Source: Bacteroidales bacterium (GTDB taxonomy: Bacteria > Bacteroidota > Bacteroidia > Bacteroidales > PUMT01). Taken from it: 64,000 nt of DNA. Of the stretch, positions 9,168 to 17,866 are shown piece by piece; positions within the stretch are counted from its first letter, which is position 1, and each line of letters starts with the position of its first letter. The DNA lies in the NCBI GenBank assembly GCA_007133565.1, contig SLMM01000014.1, positions 4,405-68,404 of the forward strand, read 5' to 3'. Under the pieces are notes generated by a model, which had not been told where the DNA came from, did no database searches, and saw only the letters and a program-made list of their open reading frames with translations. The position numbers were made by a program, and so were the translations under genes.

Positions 9168-12100
9168 TTATCGTCTCAGCACGATGAAGCCTTTATATGA
9201 ATATGTGTTATCAACGCTCAGTATATAATAATAGGTATCTTCAGGCAAAGGAACTCCGTTATGGTTTCTGCCGTCCCAGTCGTTCATGTAGTTGACCGTC
9301 CTGAAAACTACATTTCCCTGCCGGTTAAATATCGTCAGCTCATTTACGGTCGAGTTTTCCAGTCCCCGAATCACAAAAGTATCATTGTATCCACTGTTGT
9401 TTGGCGAAAATCCTGTTGGAGTGTCTAGATCCCTTATATAAATGGTTACGATGTCATATACGGGTTCACATATACCGTTATAAAGCGTCCATCGGAACAC
9501 GTTTTCACCAAAGCTCATGCCGGTTACCCCCGTATACGGGTCGCCGGGAAAAACGATGCTTCCGGTGCCGTCAACCACCTCCCATATACCAAAAGCATCA
9601 GTCATGTCCGGGGGCAACTCTGCATCAAGGTAGGTTTCAAAAAGATAATGGAGATTCTGGTCCTCTCCTGCTGATACATTTTCCGGCTGTTCGTAAAAAG
9701 TAACTGTGATATCGCTGCCTGCGCTACATTTCCAGTTGGTTTCCGTCCATGTCAGTGTATGGGTGCCGTATTCTTCAGCCGTGGCTGTTGCCTGGGGGCT
9801 GGATGGAGCGGGGCTGAATGTTACCGGTGCTGATGTTTCCCAAATTCCGTGGCCAGGTCCCGGACTGGCATTAAGCTCGAACAGGGGGCCGCACACCTCT
9901 CCTCCTGTACCCGGATCAGGGTCGGGGTAAGCATAAACCCTGACGCCGGCCGAACCGGTTAAATGCCCGGGTGGCACCACGCAGCCGAAACTGTCGGTAA
10001 GTGATACTATGGTATATGTAAAAGTGGCTGAATCGTCTGTTTCTGGCGATACCGGTGCAGTGTAGGTTGGCGATTCAATTCCTTCAACTCTGTATTGTTC
10101 AGTATCATCGGTAAAAACCATGTCCCACGGACCCTCTCCGCTCAAAGTGAAGGTGATGGTGCTCTGCTCGCCTGCGCAAATTGTATCGTTGGTTCCAGCA
10201 ACTGATCCAAAAGCAAGCGTATGGAACAGGGCAGTAACAATATTGGAGGTGTCCTGGCAGGCATCGTTTTCACCACTTTGGACTATCCTTCTGAAACTCG
10301 TGGTGTCTGAAAGGGGAGGGGACTGGTAATTGCGGCCGGATGCTTCTCCATCTGCAGTAAACCATGTGCCGCTCTCTGACGATGCCTCCCACAGATAGCT
10401 GAATATGCCGTCACCGCCAGAGGGCTCACTCCCGTTGAACAACTCAGGGGAATCGAGATAGCAGATGGTCTGATTGTCTGATATGGTATTTCCTGTTATC
10501 AGGGGCAGAACCGTGATGGTGTGCGGGGGACTGGTATCGCGGCAGGCACCTGATTCGACAGTCCTCCGGTATCCGGTAGTTGATGTCAGTGAACCCGGCG
10601 TGTAGGACTCTGATGTTTCATCTCCGTTCAAAGCACCCCACTCCCCGTTCACAAGAATTTCCCATTCATACGAGTAGGAGCCTTCACCAAGCGCTCCTCC
10701 CGTCCCGACAGGCGCACCGACCGGGAGCGGGGTGTTGCCGTGACATATGGTCTGGTCGTCATCGAGGATGTTTCCTGTTATTGCCGGGTGAACGTTTACG
10801 GCAACAGTGTTGGAGGTGTCAACACAAACTCCCGATAGTGCAATTCTTACAAACAGTGTTGAATCTGTGAGCGGGGGCGGACTGTAATCCGGGTTGCCGT
10901 TATTGTCGCTGATTTCGGTCCACTGTTGGCCGTTGGCGGTTGAACTGTTCCACACATATTCGAAAATGCCTGTACCACCCTGGGTCGGGATGTCTCCTTC
11001 CAGTGTGCCGGGTGTATCGCCTTCGCAAATAGTCTGCTCGTTATAAATGTTGTTGCCCATTATCATGGGCTGTATAGTGATTGTAAGTATATTGCTTGAA
11101 TCTATAACAGGCGGGAAACTCGTGTCCTCAACAACCCTCATGAATTCGGTTGTCTCAGTCAGCGGCCCGGGCTGGTAATGCTGCTGGTCTGCCCCATCTA
11201 TTGCAGTCCAGTCAGTTTCGCCAGCGGTGCGTCTCAGCCACATATAATCATATGGAGTATCGCCTCCCCTTGGCCTGGTCCCTTCAAGCAGTTCAGGTAC
11301 GGTAGCTTCACATATTGTATCTCTTTCTGTCCTGATCCCGTTGAAAAGTATGCCGTTCATATTTATTTCAAGTTCTTCTATAACGCCGCCCGATGCCCCC
11401 AGTGTGGTGCCGTTCGGATCGCCCTGGATAATATTTGTACCTGCAGCTCCTCCAAGCAGAGAGGTATTTACTTCAGGAGGCAATGAACTGCCGGAGAAAA
11501 TAATTACACCACCACCACCTCCTCCTCCGGGACCGCCTTTATCCTCATGATTTACATCACCGCCTTTGCCTCCCCTCGCTCTCATATTTACCTGCCCGAG
11601 GTAGTGATCGATCGACGCTACGATCGTGCCGCCGCCCCCGCCCCCGCCGGCTCCGGCAGTGGCTGTTTCGGTAACTGACCCTCCGTCGGCATATATCCCG
11701 TACTCTTCAGAACCTTCAATGTAATTGGCCACAATAACAACCATTCCGCCTCCCCTGCCGCCCGGTGTAGCTTCCCTTCCGTTTGTCCGGGTTGATCCTC
11801 CTCCCCCGCCTGCCATAAAAAGACGGTTAACGAAGGTGCCGTCAGGGTTGCGCAGCTGGTCTGATAACCTGTATCCCCCTATGCCTCCTGTTTCGTAACC
11901 GGGATCACTGCATATGTCGGTCTCGTTACCTCCAAAGCCTCCCGTTCCGTAATTTGCCCCGCCGCCACCCCCTGCGAAGAGTCCGTTACCTCCCCCTCCA
12001 CCTGTGGCAAGCCTTCCCCTGCCGTGTGTAAAATCATTTTCAAGGGGAATGTTGTTGTCATCTCCATCAATATAATATGTTGCTGATCCTTCTGCTTTAC

Positions 12101-12788
12101 GGCCCGACTTGTCTGATCCTTCAGGGTACACAAGTTCACCGTATGCAGAAGGATCTTCAGAGGCGCATATTTCGTCGGATAATGTGACCGGTCCTGCTCC
12201 GCGAAAGCCTGTTTCAGAAAGGTCGATATCTGCTTCAAGGTAAAGTGTGTTCGTAACTATCATTGCCAGGACGCCCCCTTTTTCACCATCCCAGGGCATT
12301 GCTGTCAATGTTCCAGCAACTGTGGCAGACTCGAACCCTCTTGCCTTTACAAGCTGAACTGTTTCACTGGCCGAATACTCTTCAAGGAACTCGCGGGTAA
12401 ATGTTATACTCCTTTCAGCATAATCAATTTCACTAATTACCAGGAATTCATAATGGCCCGAATTATTCAGGTCCTGTTGTCTGCCAAAATCTTGCGGGTC
12501 ATCACTAATCTCAATTCCCATGCCTTTCATCTGGATAAGCAGTACCGTGTCGCGCGGCTGGAAAGGGGAGGCATCGGTAACGGTAACTGACTGGGGGCCG
12601 TCGACCGACTCGACTGCAGTATACTGATTGATTATTCCTGATATGGAAGCCTGTGAATATAACGCGGGAACATAAAGGGTGAACATTAGAGGCAGGACAA
12701 GCAGCTGCAGCCCCTTTGAATCAATTTTGATTTTCCGGGGGAGCAACCTGAAGCTGATTAAATATTTTAACACAGTATAGATTATCAA
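9168..12788 (-). CDS. Large cell-surface protein with T9SS type-B C-terminal sorting domain (gliding-motility-associated CTD)
   Basis: 1206 aa. The C-terminus FSPNNSGYNDTFVIRGLEN...LTIFNRQGNVVFR...NDWDGRNHNGVPLPEDTYYYIL...GFIVLRR matches the TIGR04131-type pattern. Has a central polyglycine-tract region and four ~94-aa Cys-containing repeats. Start is uncertain: the track uses TTG at 12788. Confidence 0.85.
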   Translation of the reverse strand: MIIYTVLKYLISFRLLPRKIKIDSKGLQLLVLPLMFTLYVPALYSQASISGIINQYTAVESVDGPQSVTVTDASPFQPRDTVLLIQMKGMGIEISDDPQDFGRQQDLNNSGHYEFLVISEIDYAERSITFTREFLEEYSASETVQLVKARGFESATVAGTLTAMPWDGEKGGVLAMIVTNTLYLEADIDLSETGFRGAGPVTLSDEICASEDPSAYGELVYPEGSDKSGRKAEGSATYYIDGDDNNIPLENDFTHGRGRLATGGGGGNGLFAGGGGGANYGTGGFGGNETDICSDPGYETGGIGGYRLSDQLRNPDGTFVNRLFMAGGGGGSTRTNGREATPGGRGGGMVVIVANYIEGSEEYGIYADGGSVTETATAGAGGGGGGGTIVASIDHYLGQVNMRARGGKGGDVNHEDKGGPGGGGGGGVIIFSGSSLPPEVNTSLLGGAAGTNIIQGDPNGTTLGASGGVIEELEINMNGILFNGIRTERDTICEATVPELLEGTRPRGGDTPYDYMWLRRTAGETDWTAIDGADQQHYQPGPLTETTEFMRVVEDTSFPPVIDSSNILTITIQPMIMGNNIYNEQTICEGDTPGTLEGDIPTQGGTGIFEYVWNSSTANGQQWTEISDNNGNPDYSPPPLTDSTLFVRIALSGVCVDTSNTVAVNVHPAITGNILDDDQTICHGNTPLPVGAPVGTGGALGEGSYSYEWEILVNGEWGALNGDETSESYTPGSLTSTTGYRRTVESGACRDTSPPHTITVLPLITGNTISDNQTICYLDSPELFNGSEPSGGDGIFSYLWEASSESGTWFTADGEASGRNYQSPPLSDTTSFRRIVQSGENDACQDTSNIVTALFHTLAFGSVAGTNDTICAGEQSTITFTLSGEGPWDMVFTDDTEQYRVEGIESPTYTAPVSPETDDSATFTYTIVSLTDSFGCVVPPGHLTGSAGVRVYAYPDPDPGTGGEVCGPLFELNASPGPGHGIWETSAPVTFSPAPSSPQATATAEEYGTHTLTWTETNWKCSAGSDITVTFYEQPENVSAGEDQNLHYLFETYLDAELPPDMTDAFGIWEVVDGTGSIVFPGDPYTGVTGMSFGENVFRWTLYNGICEPVYDIVTIYIRDLDTPTGFSPNNSGYNDTFVIRGLENSTVNELTIFNRQGNVVFRTVNYMNDWDGRNHNGVPLPEDTYYYILSVDNTYSYKGFIVLRR
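10221..11357 (-). repeat. Four tandem ~94-aa (~282-nt) coding repeats inside the T9SS cargo gene
   Basis: Repeating pattern TIC.G..P..L.G..P.GG.G.(Y/F).Y.W....(W)T......Y.P.PL...T.(F/Y)RR.V, with the conserved Cys at residues 493, 588, 682 and 776. Confidence 0.8.
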
Positions 12789-12964
12789 ATTAGTTCAAGA
12801 GGGGTCAGGAGGATTATCTCCTCTTTCCCGGTTCTGGTTAACAAATATAGCAATTACTTGAATATATACTAAAGCAAGGTGAAAAGATTTTCAGGCGGTC
12901 TAATGGTAAAGGCACCCTGCTAATTATGAATTGAATGGCAGTTGAATTAAATGGCACTTGCACT

Positions 12965-15900
12965 TTAATCGTCCCTTATGGTGGAGCTATCTTCATCTTT
13001 TCCTTCCGGTGCAAGGGGCAGCCTGAACCAGAAGCAGCTCCCTTTGTTGTATTCACTGGTAAATCCCACAGAGCCTCCGTATTGCTCTGCTATATTCTTC
13101 ACAATTGCCAGTCCCAGTCCCGTACCGCCTGACTTTGAAGTGAAATACGGGGTGAACATCTTATCCTTTATAGCCGGATGTACGCCCTCCCCGTTGTCGG
13201 TTACCTCTACAAGAGCCATATCTTCCTCCCTTGTCAGTTCTATTGATATCTCTCCTTTGCGGGTTTTGGGGATAGCCTGGGTTGCGTTTTTCAAAAGGTT
13301 GACAAGTATGCGGTTAAGCTGCATTTTGTCGGATATCACAGCAAGATTTTCGTACCCGTTAAGCCTGAGTTTGATGTCGATGTTATCCGAATTGGCGAAT
13401 AATTCCGATACATTTCTTATTGTTTCTGAAATATTCACCATCTCCCTTTTTGCGCCGGGAAGCTTGGCAAAGTGTGAAAAAGCTGTTGCGATGGAGGACA
13501 GGTGGTCTATTTGCTCGATCAGGTTCCTGGTTGTGTTTTTGAGAACTTCCTCCCAGTTATCAGTTTTGTCTTCCCACGCCCTTTGCAGATGCTGAATACT
13601 GAGCTTCATTGGTGTAAGCGGGTTTTTAATTTCGTGTGCTATTTGCTTGGCCATCTCCCTCCATGCACTTTCGCGTTCTGACCTGGCCAGCATGCCTGCA
13701 CTGTTTTCAAGTTCAACAACCATCCTGTTGTACTCTTTGATAAGGTTTCCGATCTCATCTTCACTTTCATAATCGATCTGTTCGTTTTTTTTGCCCAGTG
13801 AAAGCTCGCGAAGCTTATCCTGGATAAGCTGAAGGGGCTTGGTTATTGTATTTGAAACGATTATTGCAATCAGAATGGTTATAAGGATAAGTACCGCATA
13901 GATATTGGCTACTGCAACAACCAGGGTATATATCTCCTTTGTCAGAATAGAGTGTCTGGTAAAATATGGCAGGTTAAGGTATGAAAGGATTTCATTGTTG
14001 GCATTGGTAAATGGAACATAGGCAGACAGGTATGAAAGGTTGCTTATGGATTCTTTATGAATGAAGCGTGCATTATTCTTGATTACCATCTCCGAATATG
14101 CCACCGGGTTCATCTGTTCACCTGTGAGGCCGAGTTCAAAGACCTCCGGCCTCGACGAGGCATATAAGTTACCTTCAGGGTCATAGAGGTTGATGTCGGT
14201 ATAAAACACATTTGAAAACTGTATCAGCAGTCCGGTAACGAAATATCTCATTTCGGGCGTAAGCTCTCTTTCAAGTCCGAGTCTGTATTCGAGTTCAACC
14301 ATCACCGATTGTATCTTTTCACTTATGTTCTCGTACTGTTTGTTCTCAAACTGCATGATATTGTAATAGACGGTCCCCGCCCCTATAATAACGAGCGACA
14401 GAAGCAGTACTCCGATCATTGAAAACTTGATCTTATTCTTGAAATCTATCTGCCAGTTTTTAATCTTCAGTGGGTACTTGCATATCAGAAGTGACAGGCT
14501 GTAAAGGAGGTAAAAAAATGCAAAACTATAGGAGAATGAGGTTATCAGGTCAACTGTTGTTATCAGGGGTTTGCTCAGAACAATGACATTATCCTGGTCG
14601 ACCCTGTATACAAGGTGTTCATACCCGCCTTCTTCAATGAACGACATCTGGTTCTCCCCGTCTGTCTGGAACTGCAGCTTCAGGGGGTAGGAATATGTTC
14701 CGGCCCTGGTTATAAGCTGTCCCTGATTATATTTTGCATTTGAGTACTGTGTGATCGCAGGAGAGCCTGAAAGCCTCCCCTCAAGCAGAAGTTCGGGGTA
14801 GCCAAGCTGTTCGCTGAGCAATTTGCTGTCCAGGGAAATAAACAGGGTCTTTTCCCGGGGATATTCGTCAAATTCAAAGACGATCATGCCCAGGTAGCTT
14901 ATCCTTCCGTTCAGGTTGTCGAGAAAGAAGAACCGGGAATTACGTGATACGGGGATACCGTATTCGTCAGACATATCGTAAAAAAAATCGTAACAGTCTA
15001 CCAGCTCTCCCACATCTTCAAGCCAGAGGTCAAAATCGTACCCGCATGCGGCCACCTGCATCTCGTATTTTCTGAAGTAACCACCGAAATAGTTGGTAGC
15101 GATATAATCATAAATTTCAAAATCGTCATAATAGGTGCTGCCGAGAGAATTTACCAGGAAGCTATCCTGTCCCATCCTGTATTCAATCTCTTCAAAAAGG
15201 AACTCGGCCACCTGGTCTCTTTCATTTGCCAGGTTGACAACGATCACCTGCCTGATGCCTTTTTCTTTGGAGCGACTGTTTGAAGTTATGAATGCAAGTG
15301 AAAAAAGTGAAACAATCAGTATCAGGAATACCTGAAGGGAGTAGCTGTAGCGGTACCTGAAATACCTTACTGCCGTTATGCTGGCTGTTAGTATAATGAA
15401 AAAGGTAACGGCATATTTGTTGAGCGGTTGGCTTGTTGTCTGGAATATTGCCATGCCGGAGGCAAATGAAACTGCAAATATTATGAGGAATGTTTTCAGG
15501 CTGACAAGTGTAGATGAGATGAACACCACTTTGTCGGTCAGCAGTACAAGTGATCCGAGCAGCATTGCCAGTATAAGGTACGCAACAAAACTAAACCTGT
15601 TAAGGTAGAAAAAATTGTGCACCTCAAGCTGAATGCTTGAATTGAAGATCAGTCCGTAGAACATATAGTGAAAAAACAGCATAAAGGCTGAAAGCAGAAT
15701 GCTGAGTGCAGCCACCCATACAATACTTTTCATCCTGCAGGGATTTGTCTCCCTGTCAACTATCCTGAAGTGGGCAGCAAAGCAGGTCACTATAAAGAAG
15801 ATAAGGGAGGCATTTATCAGAAAATCTCCAAGTGAGGGAAACAGTGATGATTTTGCGTAATGATGGGGATGGAAAAGCTGGAATCCCCTGAAAAGGTTCG

Positions 15901-16705
15901 GATAGCCTGTCTCGAGCATGACAAGCCTCAGTGATATTAATAAGAGTATGACTATGGCCAGCCATATGTTTTTTGAAAGAGGTGAGCCAATAAAAGGCAG
16001 CCTGAAACTCCCGTAAAGGAAAAAAAGAACCAGGAGTGCTCCGGCTGAATAGAGGCAGCATGCCAGAAGGGCGAAAGTGTTAGTGTATACGGGCCTTGAG
16101 GGCTTGTTTAAAGAGAACAGGAACTCACCTGTCGGGGCATTAATAATATAGTCACTGTCTTCAGATGTACTCAGTTCAACTTCAGGATATATCCTGAAAT
16201 CGGTATGAAAAACATTTATCAGGAACTCATTCTCAAAAACATAATCATGTTTTATAAGTACAAGGCCCAGTAATATAAGCGAATCATCAAACAGATACCT
16301 GGTTGTAACATAATATCCGTTACCCGGATTGATGAGTTGATATCTTTCCCATCCGGGAATTGAATCAAGATCCACAGGCAGGACATTGCTGTTCCAGAAA
16401 ACAAGCTCTTCGTTTTTGTAACCGAGCACCATCAATCCCTTGTCGGTGTATAAATCATGATACTCTTCGGCAAAACTGCTGATGAACTCTTCTTGTCCGG
16501 TTTGAGCCAGCCTCTGGCCTGCAGTTTTCAGTATCTCTTCTGCAGACTGCAGTTTCTGGTCGAGAACCGACTGGAAGATTGAAACGTTGATCCTTTTAGA
16601 GTCCAGGAAGATGCGGTGTCTCTCTGTAATAAACCCACCCGTTAGCAATATAAGTGCGAATAAAAGCAAACGGTATCTACCCCAAATATTTGTGAGTGCT
16701 TTCAT
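12965..16705 (-). CDS. Large multi-pass sensor histidine kinase (HAMP-like linker, HisKA, HATPase_c)
   Basis: 1246 aa. H-box AHEIKNPLTPMKLSIQHL. ATPase motifs NLLKNATQA, DNGEGV and GGTGLGLAIVKNI. Several hydrophobic blocks separate at least two large non-cytoplasmic regions. No receiver domain and no response regulator in the window. Confidence 0.85.
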   Translation of the reverse strand: MKALTNIWGRYRLLLFALILLTGGFITERHRIFLDSKRINVSIFQSVLDQKLQSAEEILKTAGQRLAQTGQEEFISSFAEEYHDLYTDKGLMVLGYKNEELVFWNSNVLPVDLDSIPGWERYQLINPGNGYYVTTRYLFDDSLILLGLVLIKHDYVFENEFLINVFHTDFRIYPEVELSTSEDSDYIINAPTGEFLFSLNKPSRPVYTNTFALLACCLYSAGALLVLFFLYGSFRLPFIGSPLSKNIWLAIVILLLISLRLVMLETGYPNLFRGFQLFHPHHYAKSSLFPSLGDFLINASLIFFIVTCFAAHFRIVDRETNPCRMKSIVWVAALSILLSAFMLFFHYMFYGLIFNSSIQLEVHNFFYLNRFSFVAYLILAMLLGSLVLLTDKVVFISSTLVSLKTFLIIFAVSFASGMAIFQTTSQPLNKYAVTFFIILTASITAVRYFRYRYSYSLQVFLILIVSLFSLAFITSNSRSKEKGIRQVIVVNLANERDQVAEFLFEEIEYRMGQDSFLVNSLGSTYYDDFEIYDYIATNYFGGYFRKYEMQVAACGYDFDLWLEDVGELVDCYDFFYDMSDEYGIPVSRNSRFFFLDNLNGRISYLGMIVFEFDEYPREKTLFISLDSKLLSEQLGYPELLLEGRLSGSPAITQYSNAKYNQGQLITRAGTYSYPLKLQFQTDGENQMSFIEEGGYEHLVYRVDQDNVIVLSKPLITTVDLITSFSYSFAFFYLLYSLSLLICKYPLKIKNWQIDFKNKIKFSMIGVLLLSLVIIGAGTVYYNIMQFENKQYENISEKIQSVMVELEYRLGLERELTPEMRYFVTGLLIQFSNVFYTDINLYDPEGNLYASSRPEVFELGLTGEQMNPVAYSEMVIKNNARFIHKESISNLSYLSAYVPFTNANNEILSYLNLPYFTRHSILTKEIYTLVVAVANIYAVLILITILIAIIVSNTITKPLQLIQDKLRELSLGKKNEQIDYESEDEIGNLIKEYNRMVVELENSAGMLARSERESAWREMAKQIAHEIKNPLTPMKLSIQHLQRAWEDKTDNWEEVLKNTTRNLIEQIDHLSSIATAFSHFAKLPGAKREMVNISETIRNVSELFANSDNIDIKLRLNGYENLAVISDKMQLNRILVNLLKNATQAIPKTRKGEISIELTREEDMALVEVTDNGEGVHPAIKDKMFTPYFTSKSGGTGLGLAIVKNIAEQYGGSVGFTSEYNKGSCFWFRLPLAPEGKDEDSSTIRDD

Positions 16706-16762
16706 AGGTTTTTAGACTTGCTTTGCCGTGGCAAACTGCATTCAGCGACTTTTTAATTCCGT

Positions 16763-17221
16763 TCAATGATGATATGGCTCTCCCCGTATTATGGTCATTG
16801 CCCTGTATATCTGTTCAACCAGTATAAGACGCACCATCTGATGTGTAAACGTCATATCAGAAAGCGAGATTATCCTGTCAGCCTTATTATATACCTCCTT
16901 CGTAAAACCGTAGGCCCCTCCCGTGTAAAAAATCAGTTCTTTGTAACCCCCTATCATGGTTGTTTCAATGAACCTGGAGAAACCGGCAGAGCTGAGCTTT
17001 TCTCCTTTTTCATCGAGAAGGACGAGAAGTGATGAGCCGCTTTTATGCACCAGTCTGGTACCCCTGGCAGCGCCTTTACGGGATTTGCTCTTTTTACCCT
17101 CATTGCCTGCAACTTTTATCTCCAGAGGCACATAATGGCTTAGGCGTCCCGCATAGACCTCAATTCCATCCCTGATAAAGGGTTCGTCGGTTTTGCCGGT
17201 AAAAAGCAGGGTAATTCGCAT
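16763..17221 (-). CDS. rlmH: 23S rRNA (pseudouridine1915-N3)-methyltransferase RlmH
   Basis: 152 aa SPOUT-type protein. The MRITLLFTGKT opening and the C-terminal FTHQMVRLILVEQIYRA...GEPYHH are typical of RlmH. Confidence 0.9.
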   Translation of the reverse strand: MRITLLFTGKTDEPFIRDGIEVYAGRLSHYVPLEIKVAGNEGKKSKSRKGAARGTRLVHKSGSSLLVLLDEKGEKLSSAGFSRFIETTMIGGYKELIFYTGGAYGFTKEVYNKADRIISLSDMTFTHQMVRLILVEQIYRAMTIIRGEPYHH

Positions 17222-17375
17222 TTGTTCAGTTTATGTTAAAATTGCTATATTGCAAATTATTTTTATAAAACGTACTATTTATTGATAATTGGCTTGCTTT
17301 TTGCTGGATTATACTGGCTGCAAATATACAAGCTTTGCCGGATGACTTTTAACCGACTTTTTAATTCCTTTCGAA

Positions 17376-17789
17376 ATGTTTTTGAATAATAGGTTTTTTG
17401 TGATCATTACCTGGTTGTTTTTCTGTGTTGCACTTACAGGTGCGACCGGTTCAGGCGAGATTCCTGATGATATAGCCGATTCATTCAATAAAGGGCACTC
17501 AAGGAATCTTGCACGTCATTTCAACAGCAATATTGAGTTGGTTGTGCTTGACAACGAAGATGTATACAGCAAATCTCAGGCCGAACTTATTATGAGGGAG
17601 TTTTTTTCGGCACATAAGCCTGTCAAGTTCACCTATCTCCACAAAGGGGGCAAGGAGTCATCCAGGTATGCGATTGGGAATCTTGAGACTGAAACCGGCA
17701 ACTTCAGGATATACTTTCTTTTGAAGATCAGCAATGGCATTCCCCTCATACACCTGCTGAGGATTGAGGAGACTGAAGACACTGTTTAG
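17376..17789 (+). CDS. DUF4783-like small secreted protein
   Basis: 137 aa with a signal peptide. Size and pattern (YSKSQAELIMREFF...FTYLHKGG...RYAIGNL) fit the Bacteroidota DUF4783 family as I recall it. Confidence 0.55.
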   Translation: MFLNNRFFVIITWLFFCVALTGATGSGEIPDDIADSFNKGHSRNLARHFNSNIELVVLDNEDVYSKSQAELIMREFFSAHKPVKFTYLHKGGKESSRYAIGNLETETGNFRIYFLLKISNGIPLIHLLRIEETEDTV

Positions 17790-17814
17790 CTTTTGGCCGG
17801 TTGTGTCTTCAAAC

Positions 17815-17850
17815 AAAAAACCCCCGTCCCTTTTGGGGCGGAGGTTTTTA
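17815..17850. terminator. Bidirectional intrinsic terminator between convergent genes
   Basis: AAAAAACCCCCGTCCC-TTTT-GGGGCGGAGGTTTTT: a GC-rich ~10-bp stem flanked by an A-run and a T-run. Confidence 0.75.
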
Positions 17851-17866
17851 ACAGTCTGTAATGTTT

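Noticed and set aside
12978-13595. Long antisense ORFs inside real genes: 12978-13595 in the kinase, 19015-19542 in the MerR gene, 33927-34544 in GS-III, 43806-44381 in prfA, 54615-55211 in arcA and 16766-17032 in rlmH.
   Set aside because: Each overlaps a gene with strong family motifs on the other strand. The translations are Ser/Leu/Arg-rich with no recognisable domains. I treat them as non-coding shadow frames.
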